Assembly: GCA_000004985.1 (NCBI GenBank)
Contig: GG739020.1
DNA: 10,744 nucleotides
From: Naegleria gruberi
Lineage: Eukaryota
Direction: 5' to 3' (one strand)
Shown here piece after piece: positions 9,596 to 10,744 of this stretch. The translations under genes were made by a program, and so were the position numbers. Position 1 is the first letter of the stretch, and the number at the start of each line of letters is the position of its first letter. The notes below the pieces were generated by a model. The model saw only the letters and a program-made list of their open reading frames with translations, ran no database searches and was not told the DNA's origin.

Positions 9596-9684
9596 GGGCG
9601 GTTAGCTCAGCGGTAGAGCACCGGATTGCAAAGATATTTGCAGCAGACATCCGATGGTCACGTGTTCGATCCACGTACCACCCT
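9596..9684 (+). tRNA. tRNA-Cys, anticodon GCA at 9628-9630, intron-containing, with a U73 discriminator.
   Basis: The acceptor is GGGCGGT/ACCACCC with one C4-A69 mismatch. The D-arm is GCTC-AGCGGTA-GAGC and is canonical (A box TAGCTCAGCGGTAGAGC). The anticodon stem is CCGGA/TCCGA with a C27-A43 mismatch, and the loop is TTGCAA+A. The variable loop is TGGTC. The T-arm is ACGTG-TTCGATC-CACGT (B box GTTCGATCC). The discriminator T at 9684 matches the known Cys identity element U73. The gene is 89 nt, made of a 72-nt mature body and a 17-nt intron. Confidence 0.75.
9632..9648 (+). other. 17-nt tRNA intron at the canonical 37/38 position. The boundary is ambiguous by 1 nt.
   Basis: The sequence is agatatttgcagcagac. 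Its internal TGC (9639-9641) is complementary to the anticodon GCA. That is the typical anticodon-intron pairing of eukaryotic pre-tRNAs. Confidence 0.6.
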
Positions 9685-9687
9685 TCC

Positions 9688-9691
9688 TTTT
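9688..9691 (+). terminator. Pol III T-run (TTTT), 4 nt downstream of the tRNA.
   Basis: The sequence '...accaccc t tcc tttt ag' is read directly. Confidence 0.5.
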
Positions 9692-10023
9692 AGATATTGC
9701 ACCTAACGGTAATTATTGATGCTTAGAGCTCGCTTAATGTGAGATTTCATTCCAAAATAAATCCTACCCATATATAACCAGCTTTGCCTAATTGTACACT
9801 AACTTTAATGAAATCCACCCTAGAACTTTTTTTCACCCGAGATTGTTGTCTGCCTGGATCTTTAGGCGAGTAAAGTGGGCGGACGTATCCAATAAGGATG
9901 CACCATCTCAGAAAGTGGACATTTAAATTCCAAGATTTTAACAATCATAATTAAAACGTTGGAAAAATCAACGATTATCAAGCAATCCAATTCGAGTGAA
10001 AAAAAAAGTGCAACAATAATAGT

Positions 10024-10744
10024 ATGGACTGTTTCGACATTGATGCTTATCTGAAACGTATTGGTTTGAATTCACGTATCCATGTGGAAGAGGAATTTAA
10101 GTCAATTTCGTATGCATTGTTGCATGCCATTGTGTGGAATCATGCAACTCATATTCCATTCGAAAATCTGGCAACTATTTATCCAGATGAATATCGTATA
10201 GTTTCCGATTCAAATTCTAAAATCAAAGTATCTCTGGATCCAAATGATATTTTCAGGAAAATGGTGTTAAATGATCGTGGAGGTTTTTGTTTCGAACAGA
10301 ATCTTCTATTGGCGAGAGCTTTGAGAGAATTTGGCTTTACTGTCAAACCCATTGGAGCCAGAGGTGTTAATCGCTTGGCAGAAGTAGATCCAATCTCTGG
10401 ATTGCCAGTTGGTCCTTTCACTCACTTGGCTCTATTGGTTGATTGCCAAGATGGAAACACTTATTTGGTGGATAATGGTTTAGGATGGGGTGGTATGCCA
10501 AGATCTCCTCTCCCACTTGTCAATGGAAGTGAAAAGACAGAAAGTACTGGAGAAGTATTTCGATTGGTATTGGGAACTATTTCACAAAGCACAAAATTAA
10601 ATTTTGACAAATGGGGTTGCTTTAGATTTCAAACAGGTGTCAATACAGATCATCAAGATATAAAAGATGGGAAAGTTGTTAGTGGACAGTGGTTTCTCCA
10701 ATATAAAAACAAGGCAGAATCTGACTGGTGGGATATTATGCATT
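10024..10744 (+). CDS. NAT: Arylamine N-acetyltransferase (NAT family), 5'-complete and 3'-partial. 240 codons are in the window and about 50 are missing.
   Basis: The ATG at 10024 is preceded by an in-frame TGA at 9997-9999. The translation starts MDCFDIDAYLKRIGLNSRIHVEEEFKSISYALLHAIVWNHATHIPFENLATIY... It continues ...VLNDRGGFCFEQNLLLARAL...GPFTHLALLVDCQDGNTYLVDNGLGWGG... and reaches ...WFLQYKNKAESDWWDIMH at the window edge. This aligns with NAT hallmarks. The N-terminal 'DxxAYxxRIG' and 'PFENL' are present. The catalytic Cys lies in RGGFCFEQN, with the codon tgt at 10288-10290. The His lies in THLALLV and the Asp in VDNGLG. For comparison, human NAT has RGGWCLQVN, IHLLLQV and VDAGFG. The ORF track lacks this gene because it runs off the window. 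The minus 10179..10421 ORF is its antisense shadow. Confidence 0.9.
   Translation, partial: MDCFDIDAYLKRIGLNSRIHVEEEFKSISYALLHAIVWNHATHIPFENLATIYPDEYRIVSDSNSKIKVSLDPNDIFRKMVLNDRGGFCFEQNLLLARALREFGFTVKPIGARGVNRLAEVDPISGLPVGPFTHLALLVDCQDGNTYLVDNGLGWGGMPRSPLPLVNGSEKTESTGEVFRLVLGTISQSTKLNFDKWGCFRFQTGVNTDHQDIKDGKVVSGQWFLQYKNKAESDWWDIMH

Noticed and set aside
9747-9944. ORF-track minus-strand ORF of 65 aa between the tRNA and NAT
   Set aside because: It is short, has no motif, and overlaps the likely NAT promoter region. No support was found.
9685-10023. Locally GC-richer segment (ggcgagtaaagtgggcggacgtatcc), considered as a possible small RNA such as an snRNA
   Set aside because: No match to U2/U6/5S-like conserved boxes that I can recall. 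No convincing extended stem-loop. It is most simply the NAT upstream region.
10179-10421. ORF-track minus-strand ORF of 80 aa
   Set aside because: It is antisense to the well-supported NAT CDS.

Overview
This window reads as AT-rich, compact eukaryotic DNA rather than a prokaryotic locus. The evidence is an intron-containing tRNA with Pol III A/B boxes and a T-run, intronless protein genes, and about 35-38% GC in coding parts. Two hard-masked N blocks (1375-2678 and 4407-9149, about 56% of the window) cannot be assessed at all. The three readable segments (1-1374, 2679-4406, 9150-10744) contain five things. (1) A long minus-strand CDS (1..1301, runs off the left edge) encoding a protein with three tandem DUF4116-type repeats. 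The ORF track misses it because it has no stop inside the window. (2) A 1.7-kb non-coding stretch holding a strongly strand-asymmetric GT-rich cryptic simple-sequence tract, a cluster of a recurring TAATGGTGG motif with dyad symmetry, and a two-copy direct repeat that can form a hairpin. (3) The C-terminal 128 codons of a + strand ORF emerging from the second masked block. They end in a 9-cysteine tesmin/TSO1-like CXC cluster and are in the same frame as an ATG at 4403 on the other side of the block. (4) A tRNA-Cys(GCA) gene with a 17-nt intron at the canonical 37/38 position and a U73 discriminator. (5) About 340 bp downstream, the 5' 240 codons of an arylamine N-acetyltransferase (NAT) with the Cys-His-Asp catalytic triad, running off the right edge. 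Composition and the start/stop contexts are consistent with, but do not prove, a parabasalid-type protist such as Trichomonas. I see no evidence of a prokaryotic defence or CRISPR-like system. The most notable open question is the large masked ORF with the C-terminal CXC module.
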